From assembly GCA_965242965.1 (NCBI GenBank), contig OZ251518.1:1120001-1184000 (forward strand): DNA of 64,000 nucleotides, written 5' to 3'. The position numbers were made by a program, and so were the translations under genes. This document shows positions 20,890 through 31,268 of the stretch, piece after piece (position 1 is the first letter of the stretch; every line of letters starts with the position of its first letter). The DNA comes from Candidatus Poribacteria bacterium (GTDB lineage: Bacteria; Poribacteria; WGA-4E; WGA-3G). Under the pieces are notes generated by a model. That model did not search any database. It saw nothing but the letters and a program-made list of their open reading frames with translations, and was not told where the DNA came from.

Positions 20890-21867
20890 ATGTCCTTTTT
20901 GAAGAAGCACGTTCATCTCCCCATACTTTGGAAGCGCGCGAGGGATAACCTTGTCTATCAAATCGTCCGCGGCTTCGGATGGTGCTGCCGACATCTTCCA
21001 AAATCGTGGGCGATGCGCCTTGGCAGCGGCACAGGCAAACTGCTCTATCGTTTACTCAAAAAGCGACGGCAAATCGCTCTTAATAACTTGCAGATTGCGT
21101 TCGGCGATACGGCATGCACTGCACAGCCGCAAGAGATTTGCAAAGCGAGTTTTATCAACCTCGGCAAAACTTGCATCGAATTCCTACGGTTTCCGCTGTT
21201 TGACGCGGAGAATATCTGGCGCGAGGTTACCGTAGAAGGCGCGGCACATCTCCACACCGCTTTAGCACAAGGAAAAGGTGCCATCGTCTTTCTACCACAC
21301 TTCGGGAATTGGGAGCTCCTCTCGCTGGTTTACGGCGCGCTTATCCCGAATCAGGCGAAAGCCATCGCTTTTCCGTTGAAAAACGCGAAACTGAACGCCT
21401 ATATCTGGAAATATCGCCAACACCTCAGTTTGGAATTAATTCCACGGAAACGCGCCGTGCGCGAAACTTTGCAAGCACTGAAGAAGAATTATGCCATCGG
21501 GTTCTTCGCAGATCAGAACGCCGGACGCGAAGGCGTGTTTGTCGATTTTTTCGGAAAACCGGCTTCCGCTGTGCGGGGTCCTGTCGCGCTTGCGCTGAAG
21601 ACCGGGGCACCGCTCCTCTTCTCCCTCGCCATCCGTCAACCCGATGACAGGCACGATGTCCACATTTTACCGCCGATGCAACTGAAAACCTCCGACAATT
21701 TTGAACGTGACATTGCAGATTACACGGCACGCCTGCAGAAGCAGTTAGAGTGTTATATTCGCCACTACCCGGCGCAGTGGTTGTGGCTGCATAATCGGTG
21801 GAAGACGCAGCCGCCTCCCGGATGGCAGGCGCAGCGTGGCAGAAATGAAAATGAGGGTGTTTCATAA
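20890..21867 (+). CDS. Lipid A biosynthesis acyltransferase (LpxL/HtrB family)
   Basis: HFGNWE, ADQNAG, FFGKPA, PAQWLWLHNRWK. Confidence 0.9.
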   Translation: MSFLKKHVHLPILWKRARDNLVYQIVRGFGWCCRHLPKSWAMRLGSGTGKLLYRLLKKRRQIALNNLQIAFGDTACTAQPQEICKASFINLGKTCIEFLRFPLFDAENIWREVTVEGAAHLHTALAQGKGAIVFLPHFGNWELLSLVYGALIPNQAKAIAFPLKNAKLNAYIWKYRQHLSLELIPRKRAVRETLQALKKNYAIGFFADQNAGREGVFVDFFGKPASAVRGPVALALKTGAPLLFSLAIRQPDDRHDVHILPPMQLKTSDNFERDIADYTARLQKQLECYIRHYPAQWLWLHNRWKTQPPPGWQAQRGRNENEGVS

Positions 21868-22377
21868 ATCCGTTGGCGCGCCCTCCCGGTCTCGATGCGA
21901 GCGATGTCCCGGTAGGAGAGCCCTCCTGGTCTCGACGCGAGCGATGTTCCCGTAGGAGAGACCTCCTGGTCTCGACGCGTTTTGTTGCTGTTTCTATCGG
22001 GACAAGGATGTCCCTCCTACCTGTCCCGATTTCTTCCGGTAGGAGAGACCTCCCGGTCTCGATGCAATAGGGCGGCGCGCAGCCCGAGGGCGCGCCGGCA
22101 GAAAGCCCCCCCTTCATCGTAGGGCGAGGGCCCTCGCATGCCACACGCGCATGCGAGAGGGTTCCCCTCGCCATGCGTTTGGCTAGCAGACCGCATCCCT
22201 CCTGTAGTTCAGGATCGCCTGATCCTGATCCGTTCGGGATCAGGCGATCCCGAACTACAGAGGTGGGCCCGATGCGCGGTATCCCCCTCGCTTTTCTAGA
22301 GGGTTCTCCTACCGGGGGATGCATCGAGACCGGGAGGTCTCTCCTACCCGGAAGCAATTGAGATATGAAATACCCTC
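21853..22377. mobile_element. TIR-bounded MITE-like REP cassette
   Basis: GAGGGTGTTTCATAAAT...GATATGAAATACCCTC; AATGAAAAT on both flanks. Confidence 0.8.
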
Positions 22378-22547
22378 AGAATGAAAATAGGACAGACGCA
22401 GTATAACCGCGATAGGCGCGGTTCCAAATCGCGCCTATCGGTAATGAGGGGTTTGAGGAACGTCGAAAAAAATTGTGTTGCATGAACGTGCAAATTATGT
22501 TAAAATAAAGATACGTTTGTAACTTCAAATGACAGAGAGGCAAAACC

Positions 22548-24119
22548 GTGAAAAGATACACATTATCGTTCATCGTCATCCTTGCCGCTATCGGCATCCC
22601 GTTTCTGATTATCCACTCCAGTGAAAAAGAGGCGATGAGTGGCGATGAACGCATCACCCGCGCGATGCTGAACCGCGCGCTCATGAACGCCGTCCGCATC
22701 GCGGAAAACAATTACTACGAACAGGTGGACAGCGACGAGATGTACCTCGGCGCGATTAAAGGCGCGCTCGCGGCCATCGGTGATCCGTATACTTACTACA
22801 TCTCCGAAGCAGAACATCAACGTTCCGTTGAGAATCTCTATCACGCGAGCTTCCCCGGAATCGGCATCAATATCTATCAAGATCATCGTGGGTTCATCCA
22901 GATTTCCAACCCGATACCCGGCACTCCCGCTGCATCACACGGGCTCCGCGCCGGTGATTACATCACTAAAGTCAATGGCACGCGCATCCATCTCTCCGAG
23001 AAAACGGGGATGACGATCACCGATGTCGTTGATATGCTGCGCGGACAACTTGGCACAGAGGTGACGATTACCGTGCAACGCGAATCCCTGAAACCCTTTG
23101 ATGTCACGCTCAAACGCGCTATAATTCGCATTCCCAGTGTCACGTCAACCATGCTAGAGGATTCTACCGGCTATATCCACATTAAGAAGTTCATCGGGAC
23201 AGACAGGAAATCGGGAACGGAAAAGGAATTTAACGATGCGCTTGCCGCGCACCAAGCCGCCGGCATGAAGGCACTCATTCTCGATTTGCGGGACAATCAG
23301 GGCGGCCTCCTCAACACCGCCTATCACATCGCCGATGCCTTCATTGACAAGGGCCTCATCGTCTCAACACGCAACGAACGTCGGCGTGAATTTAACGAGG
23401 AATACCCGGCAAGTCCAAACCTTTTATGCGATGCCGAGATTCCGCTGGTTATCCTCGTGAATGAATATAGTGCCAGTGCCTCCGAAATCGTCGCGGGCGC
23501 GGTGAAAGATACACGCCGCGGTATCCTCGTCGGACAGAAAACCTTTGGAAAAGGGATAGTCCAGAAACGCTATCCGCTGGGGCCCTCGGACACCATCGGG
23601 ACAATGTCCCTGACGATTTCCACCTACTACACCCCGAATGGCACCTCCATCCATAAAGAGGGAATTACGCCGCACGTCGCTGTGTCCCTTCAAAAATATG
23701 GGCGCATTGAACAGACGATGCAGCGGATGGCCGCCGAAAAAAACGCAGTGGAAGATTTCGTCATAAAATGGATTGCCGATGAGCGCGAGAGGACAGGCGA
23801 AACGCCGAAAGCGTTTGAGAAACTGGAAGCCGCGCTGCCGACATTACAGCAATCCCTGGCGGAAGACAGCATCCGCGTCGGAATGCGATGGTTAAAGTTG
23901 CGCGCCGAACAGGTGTTTAACAGCAAAGTCGGCATTGAACGCGTCGTCAATTTAGAATACGACACGCAACTGCAGGAAGCAATACGCATTCTCAAAGCAG
24001 GCGAGATTGACAAATACCTCAACCCGGCAATTGAAGAAGATATCGAAGAAGATGCCGAATCTCTCTCCGCCGTTGAGAATAAGAAGCCGCCCGAAAGCAA
24101 AGATGCCGCTGAGGAATAA
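22548..24119 (+). CDS. ctpA: Carboxy-terminal processing protease (S41, PDZ)
   Basis: GDPYT, GIGI PDZ loop, DLRDNQGG, SASASEIVAG, TFGKG. Confidence 0.9.
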   Translation: MKRYTLSFIVILAAIGIPFLIIHSSEKEAMSGDERITRAMLNRALMNAVRIAENNYYEQVDSDEMYLGAIKGALAAIGDPYTYYISEAEHQRSVENLYHASFPGIGINIYQDHRGFIQISNPIPGTPAASHGLRAGDYITKVNGTRIHLSEKTGMTITDVVDMLRGQLGTEVTITVQRESLKPFDVTLKRAIIRIPSVTSTMLEDSTGYIHIKKFIGTDRKSGTEKEFNDALAAHQAAGMKALILDLRDNQGGLLNTAYHIADAFIDKGLIVSTRNERRREFNEEYPASPNLLCDAEIPLVILVNEYSASASEIVAGAVKDTRRGILVGQKTFGKGIVQKRYPLGPSDTIGTMSLTISTYYTPNGTSIHKEGITPHVAVSLQKYGRIEQTMQRMAAEKNAVEDFVIKWIADERERTGETPKAFEKLEAALPTLQQSLAEDSIRVGMRWLKLRAEQVFNSKVGIERVVNLEYDTQLQEAIRILKAGEIDKYLNPAIEEDIEEDAESLSAVENKKPPESKDAAEE

Positions 24120-24142
24120 TCTCCAATTCACCAAATATGTAA

Positions 24143-24168
24143 GGGCGGATGGCGTTAACTATCCGCCC
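24143..24168 (+). terminator. Stem-loop after ctpA
   Basis: GGGCGGAT...ATCCGCCC; no clear U-tract. Confidence 0.35.
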
Positions 24169-24220
24169 AATACCTTATGCCACAGCTGTTCATGGACTGT
24201 AATCCCTCACCAGCGTCAAA

Positions 24221-26143
24221 ATGCCCCAAAAATCATCCAACGTCATTACCAAAAAAGCGATAATTGTTGGCCTCATCCTCGTCATTGTCAATGCGTATTG
24301 GGTGGGGATAGCCAGCGAACTCTGGTACGCAGTCTACACGCTGGTGTCGCCGTTCTCCAACGCTGTTTTTACGTTAGTGGTGCTGCTCGCGATCAACGTG
24401 CTGCTGCGGAAAATCTCGCCGAACATCGCCTTTACCGCCGCCGAATTGCTCCTCATCTACATCATGGTGACGATGGTCTCCACGATTTCCGGCCATGCAA
24501 TGATGGCAATCCTGATGGGCACCCTCGCGCATCCTTTCTGGTTCGCTAGTGCCGAAAATGAGTGGGCACAACTCTTCCTGCACCATATCCCCGCGTGGCT
24601 CACTGTGCATGACTACCAGTGGTTAGCTGGCTATTACGAGGGGGAATCAAGCATTTATTGGGCAGAGCACCTCCGCATTTGGGTTAGACCGGCTCTCACC
24701 TGGTCTGGGTTTATTTTCCTGCTTTACGGTTCACTGCTTTGTCTGGGGTTGCTCCTCCGTAAGCAGTGGATGGAGCGCGAGAAGCTGAGTTTCCCGTTAA
24801 CGCAGCTGCCGTTGCAGATGACGACGAATCGGAACTTCTTCCGTTCCCGCGCACTCTGGTTGGGATTCGGCGCGGCTGCGCTCCTCCGCGTCATGGCGGG
24901 CTTGCACGATATATTTCCTGTTATCCCCGCGCCGCCGCCAAACTATCGCTTGGACCAGCATTTCACTGAACGTCCGTGGAACGCCATCGGCTATGCCTCC
25001 ATGTCGTTTAACCTCGCGATTGTCGGGTTAACCTATTTCATGCCGCTGGATCTCGCGTTTTCAACGTGGTTCTTCTTCTGGCTCACCCGTGCGGAACGCG
25101 TCATTGCAAGTGCCGTCGGCGTGACGAACATCAGCGTGCTACATTTCAATGACAGAGCCTCTGGTGCGTGGGTGGGCATCGCTGTGCTAACGCTTTGGAT
25201 GGGCCGGCGGCACTTCGCGCGCTTCTTCCGACACATCTTCGGCAGAGAACGCGGTGACGATACGCGCGAACCTTTCACCTATCGCACGACAGCGGTATTG
25301 ACTGTTGTCAGTGTCGGGCTCGTGTTTGCGTTTTGCTACGCCGCCGGGATGTCGTTGTGGGCGATTGGCGTTTTCTACGCGCTGTTCATCGCGTTCGCGC
25401 TGGCAATAGGACGTGTGCGCGCTGAACTCGGCCCGCCTTACCACGAAGTCATCGGTATCAACCCGCGCCAGATGATGGTGAGTATATTCGGCACACGCCA
25501 CTTAGGCGCGGCGAACCTCACCGTGATGACGTTCCTCTACGCCTTTAACCGATGCAACCGTTCGCATCCAATGCCGAATCAGATAGAATCGCTGCGCATT
25601 GGCGAACGCGCAAGCATACCGGGGAAAACCTTGCTGTTGGGAATGGCACTTGCCATCGGCGTTGGCGCGCTCGCGACATTCTGGACTTACTTGCAAGTCG
25701 CGTATCACTACGGCGTGCTGGCGCGATGCCAAGGGGTTGTCGGACGATTCGGATGGGAGAGTTTCAACCCACTCCAGAGCTGGCTCCAGCATCCAAAAGA
25801 ACCAGACCTCGGGGCGGTGGCGTTTATGAGCGGCGGCCTCGCATTTGTCTTCCTCCTCCATTTTCTGCGCACCCGATTGCTGTGGTGGACACTCCATCCC
25901 TCCGGCTATGTGCTTTCTGGCGCATCATGGGGCGGCCTCATCTACTTCTGGTTCCCGGTGATGGTGAGCTGGCTGATCAAGTTCCTCATCCTCCGTTTCT
26001 CCGGCTGGCATACCTATCGCAAAGCGATTCCGTTTTTCCTCGGACTTGTTTTGGGCGACTTCATTCCGCGAAGTATACTGAGCCTCATCAGTTTCGCGCT
26101 GAATCTTTACATGCCTTCCTCCGGCGCGGGACATACCTTATGA
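24221..26143 (+). CDS. DUF6785/DUF6784-type polytopic membrane protein (putative transporter)
   Basis: RKQWMEREKLSFPL, WWTLHPSGY, PFFLGLVLGD; many TM helices. Confidence 0.7.
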   Translation: MPQKSSNVITKKAIIVGLILVIVNAYWVGIASELWYAVYTLVSPFSNAVFTLVVLLAINVLLRKISPNIAFTAAELLLIYIMVTMVSTISGHAMMAILMGTLAHPFWFASAENEWAQLFLHHIPAWLTVHDYQWLAGYYEGESSIYWAEHLRIWVRPALTWSGFIFLLYGSLLCLGLLLRKQWMEREKLSFPLTQLPLQMTTNRNFFRSRALWLGFGAAALLRVMAGLHDIFPVIPAPPPNYRLDQHFTERPWNAIGYASMSFNLAIVGLTYFMPLDLAFSTWFFFWLTRAERVIASAVGVTNISVLHFNDRASGAWVGIAVLTLWMGRRHFARFFRHIFGRERGDDTREPFTYRTTAVLTVVSVGLVFAFCYAAGMSLWAIGVFYALFIAFALAIGRVRAELGPPYHEVIGINPRQMMVSIFGTRHLGAANLTVMTFLYAFNRCNRSHPMPNQIESLRIGERASIPGKTLLLGMALAIGVGALATFWTYLQVAYHYGVLARCQGVVGRFGWESFNPLQSWLQHPKEPDLGAVAFMSGGLAFVFLLHFLRTRLLWWTLHPSGYVLSGASWGGLIYFWFPVMVSWLIKFLILRFSGWHTYRKAIPFFLGLVLGDFIPRSILSLISFALNLYMPSSGAGHTL

Positions 26144-27180
26144 CACCCCTACTAACTGTCAACGGCATGACCAAACGGTTCACAGTAGACGGAACGCCGG
26201 TTGTCAACGCCGTGAGTTTTGCAGTGTATCCCGGCGAAATCTTCGCGCTGTTGGGGCCGAGCGGCTGCGGCAAAACCACAACCTTGCGCCTCATCGCGGG
26301 TTTTGAAAAGGCAGATGCCGGCACAATTTCTATGGAGAAACGGGTCCTTGAGAATCGCGAAAACCACGTCCCACCCGAAGCCCGCGGCATCGGGTTTGTC
26401 TTTCAGGACTTCGCCTTGTTCCCACACAAAAACGTGCTTGACAACGTCGCCTTCGGACTCAGAAAGGTGCAGAAGAAAACACGGCACGACAGAGCCATGG
26501 AAGTTCTGGAAATGGTGGGATTGACGGCACTCCACGAACGGATGCCGCATCACCTCTCCGGCGGCGAACAGCAACGCGTCGCGTTGGCGCGCTCCATTAT
26601 CGCGCGCCCACAACTGCTACTGTTAGATGAACCGTTCTCAAACCTTGACCCGGGGTTGCGGCAAACTACACGCGAAGAGGTGCGCGCACTCCTAAAAGCA
26701 GAAGGCATCAGTGTGGTGCTGGTTACGCACAGTCAAGAGGAAGCGTTAAGTTTCGCCGAACGGCTAGCCGTGATGAAGGAGGGAACTGTCGTCCAAATCG
26801 GCACGCCTGAAGAGGTGTATCAGCAACCGAAAACGGCGTATGTCGCCGATTTCCTGGGGCAAACCAACTTTATCCGAGCACCTGTGAAAGATGGAATCGC
26901 CGAAACTCCGTTCGGCAGTGTCCCAATAAGCGCGCTTTGTAAGGGGACGACTCCCTCAGTGCTCCTCGCCATTCGTCCCGAATGCATCACAATGGCGGCT
27001 GATTGTGAAGGGAAAGGCGGCCGCATTATCGGCCGCGCCTTTAAAGGACACGCTTTCCTCTATCAGGTTGAGGTGGACGGAAAGCCATACTTCGTCCAAA
27101 CCCACACCGATTGTCCGTTTCAGGTTGGCGATAGCGTGGTGTTAAAAGCGGCCTCGGCAGTGCCGGTCGCGGCGGATTAA
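26140..27180 (+). CDS. ABC transporter ATP-binding protein (FbpC/PotA-like, TOBE)
   Basis: GPSGCGKTT, FQDFALFPH, LSGGEQQRVA, LLLDEPFS, VTH; ATGA overlap with the upstream gene. Confidence 0.92.
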   Translation: MTPLLTVNGMTKRFTVDGTPVVNAVSFAVYPGEIFALLGPSGCGKTTTLRLIAGFEKADAGTISMEKRVLENRENHVPPEARGIGFVFQDFALFPHKNVLDNVAFGLRKVQKKTRHDRAMEVLEMVGLTALHERMPHHLSGGEQQRVALARSIIARPQLLLLDEPFSNLDPGLRQTTREEVRALLKAEGISVVLVTHSQEEALSFAERLAVMKEGTVVQIGTPEEVYQQPKTAYVADFLGQTNFIRAPVKDGIAETPFGSVPISALCKGTTPSVLLAIRPECITMAADCEGKGGRIIGRAFKGHAFLYQVEVDGKPYFVQTHTDCPFQVGDSVVLKAASAVPVAAD

Positions 27181-27195
27181 CCGCGGGACAGAAGC

Positions 27196-27611
27196 ACTGC
27201 ATCGAGACCGGGAGATCTCTCCTACGGGGACAGAAGCACTGCATCGAGACCGGGAGGTCTCTCCTACGGGGACATCGCTCGCATCGAGACCGGGAGGTCT
27301 CTCCTACCGGCGTGCATCGGGCCCAACTCTGTAGTTCGGGAGCGCCCGCTCCCGAACGGGTCAGGATCAGGCGATCCTGACCTACAGAGGTAAGGAGGTC
27401 TGATAGCAAAACGCATGGCGAGGGCCAGTCCCTCGCCCTACGTGAAGAGGCGGCGTTTTTCTCATCGTAGCGCGGGGGCCTGTCCCCCGCGACGTTGGAC
27501 GCATGGCGAGGGACAGGTTTTCCCACCGCCCTACGTGAAGAGGAGGCGTTTTTTTTCATCGTAGCGCGGGGGACAGGCCCCCGCGACGTTGAGCGAGTTA
27601 TGAACCCCCTC
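27196..27611. mobile_element. REP mosaic with one TIR, flanked by a 21-bp direct repeat
   Basis: GATTAACCGCGGGACAGAAGC at 27175-27195 and 27612-27632. Confidence 0.75.
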
Positions 27612-27613
27612 GA

Positions 27614-29665
27614 TTAACCGCGGGACAGAAGCCCCCGAATCTCATGAATTCCCTGAATCATCCGCTGAAACGCTTCCGCCAATAACGCAAGTTGCGCGCG
27701 GACATCGGCATCATCACCTGCCGCCAATGCATCGTGAACGCCGGGGAAAATCACCGCCGCATAACCTGTATTCAGCCCCGGGGCGTAGATGAGATGTTTA
27801 AACCACGGCCGCAAAGGTAACCCTGCCTCACTCGTCAAACGCCGCTCCAATTGATACAACCGCCGGTTTATCGCAGCGACGTTCGCGACGTTCCCGGATG
27901 TCAGGACAATCTCAACCTCTTGATGCAGTGCCATCGCCGCTGCCTCCCATTCTATGAGGAGTGCCTCTAACCTCTCAATTTCGGCGGCTATTTTGGTTTC
28001 TGAACCGGAATTTTGCAGAAGTTTCAACGGTGTCCCGAGGTCTGCCGCATAAGTTGCGTAATCAAACGGCAAGATATCGGCGTTTGCCAGTTGCAACGCG
28101 AGCAGTCCCCAAATTTTCGCCATCGCCGCCTGATACTGAAAGGTTGCATCGCCGAAGTGTGTCATCCAATAAAAGTTGTCCTGCATGGCGTGATAAACAC
28201 CGTAGGGGCCATCAAACCCCATGCTCAGCGATGGAATGCCGACGTGCCCGATAAATGGCGAATGGTCCGAACCGCTACCGAGGTTGCCGACTTGCGGGAC
28301 TTCTTTCCCTTGCCGCGTCTTCCAACTCTCATGAACCGATTTGAGGGTGCCCGGGTCGATGACATTTTGTGTTACATCGCGAACCAACTGCCGCAGCGAG
28401 GGAACAGCACTGACATACAGGTTACCCCCCGTGGCGGCGATGTCAACGTTGAGATAAGCGACAGCCTTCTCCTTCAACGTCGCTTTCAGTTCTTCCACCC
28501 ATTCAGTTGAGCCGAGGATGCCGAATTCCTCCGCATCCCACGCGGCGAAGACGATTGTCCGCTTCGGACGCATCCCCTCCTTTGCGAGTTCTCCCATGCA
28601 TCGCGCGACTTCTAATAGCGAAGTGGTGCCACTGCCCGGGTCTGCCGCACCGTAGACCCAGGCATCGTGGTGATTGCCTAAAATCACCCACTCGTCTGGG
28701 AATACCGTGCCTTCTAAAGTGGCGATGACGTTGTAAATCGGACGAATGCTGTGCTCGCAACGCACCTTGAGGTGAACCTTCGCCGGCCCGGGGCCGACGT
28801 GATACGCGAACGGCAAGCCGCCTTGCCATGCCGATGGCACGTTCGGTCCTGCGAGTGCTTGCAGCAACGGTTTGGCATCGCGATACGCCAGCGGCACGAC
28901 AGGGATTTGCGGCAGGTCCGTCGCTTCAGCGATAGTCAGTCGCTCAGCGTCTTGCGTCGCCGCCCAGCCGGGAGTCAGCGGATCGCTGGCGTGTTGGAAG
29001 ATATATTTTACCGTGCCACGCTGAATTGCATCGGCGGAACGCCAGGGGCCGCGGGGATAGACATCGCCGCGCATGTAGCCATCATCCGCCGGATCGGAGT
29101 AGAGGATTAAGCCTACCGCGCCGTTGTCGCCTGCCACTTTCGCCTTGACACCTCGATAACTGCCGCCATACCGAGCGATGCATATTTTACCCGCAACCGA
29201 GATGCCTTGTTCCTCAAGCAGTTGGTAATCCTTCGGCAATCCTTTGTTAACGTAGACGAGTTCCGCTGTCACATCCCCATCGGGTGAGTAGGCGTTGTAA
29301 CCCGGCACAATCTCGGTTTCATAAGAGTCTTTGTCCCACTCCCAACTCTCCTCTTTTCCGATGGCTTGGTAGTGTGTCGGGGAGACCATCTCCACTTTCA
29401 CCTCAAGCGGGTGCGGCAGGTAGACGTGGTATTCGTAAAGTTGCACCTGCAAGCCGTAACTCTCAAATTCGGCTTGCAGATATTCCGCTACCTTTCGGCT
29501 ATTCTCGGTGCCGGCAAGGTGCGGTTCTTCGGTGAGGTGCCGTAATTTCTGGCGGCACATCTCCGGTGAAACGCGTGCTTGAAACGCGGCTTCAGCGTCT
29601 CTTTGGGTAACGGCATTTTCCGCCGTGAACCCGCGGATCCCTGAGGCATCGCGTGTGAAAAGCAT
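27614..29665 (-). CDS. M28 peptidase, glutamate carboxypeptidase II/transferrin-receptor-like
   Basis: PA domain (YSDPADD), GNHHDAW, AADPGSG, WDAEEFG, GSGSDH, TfR-like dimerisation tail. Confidence 0.92.
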   Translation of the reverse strand: MLFTRDASGIRGFTAENAVTQRDAEAAFQARVSPEMCRQKLRHLTEEPHLAGTENSRKVAEYLQAEFESYGLQVQLYEYHVYLPHPLEVKVEMVSPTHYQAIGKEESWEWDKDSYETEIVPGYNAYSPDGDVTAELVYVNKGLPKDYQLLEEQGISVAGKICIARYGGSYRGVKAKVAGDNGAVGLILYSDPADDGYMRGDVYPRGPWRSADAIQRGTVKYIFQHASDPLTPGWAATQDAERLTIAEATDLPQIPVVPLAYRDAKPLLQALAGPNVPSAWQGGLPFAYHVGPGPAKVHLKVRCEHSIRPIYNVIATLEGTVFPDEWVILGNHHDAWVYGAADPGSGTTSLLEVARCMGELAKEGMRPKRTIVFAAWDAEEFGILGSTEWVEELKATLKEKAVAYLNVDIAATGGNLYVSAVPSLRQLVRDVTQNVIDPGTLKSVHESWKTRQGKEVPQVGNLGSGSDHSPFIGHVGIPSLSMGFDGPYGVYHAMQDNFYWMTHFGDATFQYQAAMAKIWGLLALQLANADILPFDYATYAADLGTPLKLLQNSGSETKIAAEIERLEALLIEWEAAAMALHQEVEIVLTSGNVANVAAINRRLYQLERRLTSEAGLPLRPWFKHLIYAPGLNTGYAAVIFPGVHDALAAGDDADVRAQLALLAEAFQRMIQGIHEIRGLLSRG

Positions 29666-29831
29666 GATAAGTCCAAGGAGGCAAATGAGACACGCGCCCC
29701 GTTGCCAACGTTGGAATGTTGTTATCGTTATAATTGTTTTTCACCTCTTTCTAGGTTTTGCCTTCTTTCTAGGTTTTGGATAGATAATAGCATATTTCCT
29801 GCACGTTTTCAACGCCAAAACGGATAAAAAT

Positions 29832-29860
29832 TTGACATCCTCCTTTTTTTGTGGTAAAAT
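29832..29860 (+). promoter_or_regulatory. sigma70-type promoter of the response regulator
   Basis: TTGACA-17 nt-TAAAAT with extended -10 TG. Confidence 0.7.
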
Positions 29861-29884
29861 ATATTTTTAATGAGAAGAGAGATG

Positions 29885-30115
29885 TCACCGTAGGGCGAGG
29901 GCCTGTCCCGCGCCATCATAAAATTTTGCCGTTTTCACCGTAGGGCGAGGGCCTGTCCCTCGCCATGCCCAGAGACCGTAGTTCGGGAGCGCCTGCTCCC
30001 GAAACGGCAAGAGCGGGCGCTCTTGCCCTACAGAGTGGGGCGGCCAGGTCACCGTAGGGCGAGGGCCTGTCCCTCGCCATGCAACGATCGCGGGGGACAG
30101 GCCCCCGCGCTACGG
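29885..30115. repeat. REP mosaic in the predicted 5' UTR
   Basis: GTAGGGCGAGGGCCTGTCCC x3 plus other hairpins. Confidence 0.85.
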
Positions 30116-30162
30116 CCGATACTGGGCCCCCTGGCGCGCAGGTCCTAACCAATAAGAATGCC

Positions 30163-30850
30163 ATGCAAGCAAAAATTTTAATCGTCGAAGACGAACGCGA
30201 TATTGTCGAACTCCTACGCTATAACCTGCAGGCAGCAGGATTCAAAACCGAGTATGTCCGCAACGGTGCTGACGCACTCCGACGCGCCGTTGAAAAACCA
30301 CCAGACCTCATCCTGTTGGATCTCATGCTCCCGGAGGTAGACGGGCTCATCGTCTGTAGTTTATTGAAAAGCGACCCGAGGACTAAACATTCCTATTGTC
30401 ATGCTCACCGCCAAGATTGAAGAAGAGGATAGAGTCAAGGGGCTTGAGCTCGGCGCAGATGACTATATCCCCAAACCGTTTAGTCCCAGAGAGGTAGTCC
30501 TGCGAGTCGCCGCTGTCCTCCGCCGTATCAAAATCGGACAGGAATCCGAAGAAACGCAGAAAATCCAGACGCAGGGGCTCACCATCGATCTGGACAAACA
30601 TCAAGTGCTGGCAGCCGACAGGACGATAGAGCTCACTGCCACGGAGTTCAAACTCATCACCCTGTTTGCACGCTCACCGGGCCGCGTCTTCACACGCGAT
30701 ATCCTCATGGAGGTTATCTGGGGACAGGATTACTACGGCATCGACCGGACGGTGGATACGCATGTCAGTCGCCTCCGCCGAAAACTTGGTGACCTTGGTA
30801 AGCACATTGAGACTGTCCACGGAGTCGGGTATCGGTTTCGCGAGGTTTAG
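30163..30850 (+). pseudogene. phoB: Frameshifted PhoB/OmpR-family response regulator
   Basis: Receiver ILIVEDE...LDLMLPEVDG in one frame; IPIVMLTAK...GADDYIPKPF and wHTH RTVDTHVSRLRRKL in another; break near 30385-30390. Confidence 0.8.
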
Positions 30851-30851
30851 T

Positions 30852-31027
30852 GAGGGGGTTTCATAAATCGTTCAACGTCGCGGGGGACAGGCCCCCGCGC
30901 TACGATAAAAACGGCCCCCTCACCGTAGGGCGTGGGCCCTCGCATGCCACACGCGCATGCGAGCGGGTTCCCCTCGCCAGTGTTCGCATAATCCAACGCT
31001 CGCGGGGGACAGGCCCCCGCGCTACGG
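30852..31027. repeat. REP mosaic starting with a TIR
   Basis: GAGGGGGTTTCATAAAT at 30852. Confidence 0.8.
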
Positions 31028-31268
31028 GAAAATCGGCGATGGAAAACGATAAACGGAGAAAATTGGATGCCAAACAACGAAAACACACTCACCGTCGCAT
31101 TTCTTAACGTTCTACGTCCGATGCGGCACTCTTGGAACGTCGCGGCGCACCCTATTCGGCCGTTCCACGAAAATTCAGATTGATGGTGGGAAAAATCGCG
31201 GCGCGCACGGTAACCCGGTAGGCGCGGGGACAAACCGCGCCAAAAACAGTGATAAAAGGAAAAACGCT

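Noticed and set aside
25552-26139. 196-aa N-terminal extension of the ABC ATPase ORF
   Set aside because: It is an alternative frame inside the DUF6785 gene; ATG 26140 gives a normal-length ATPase
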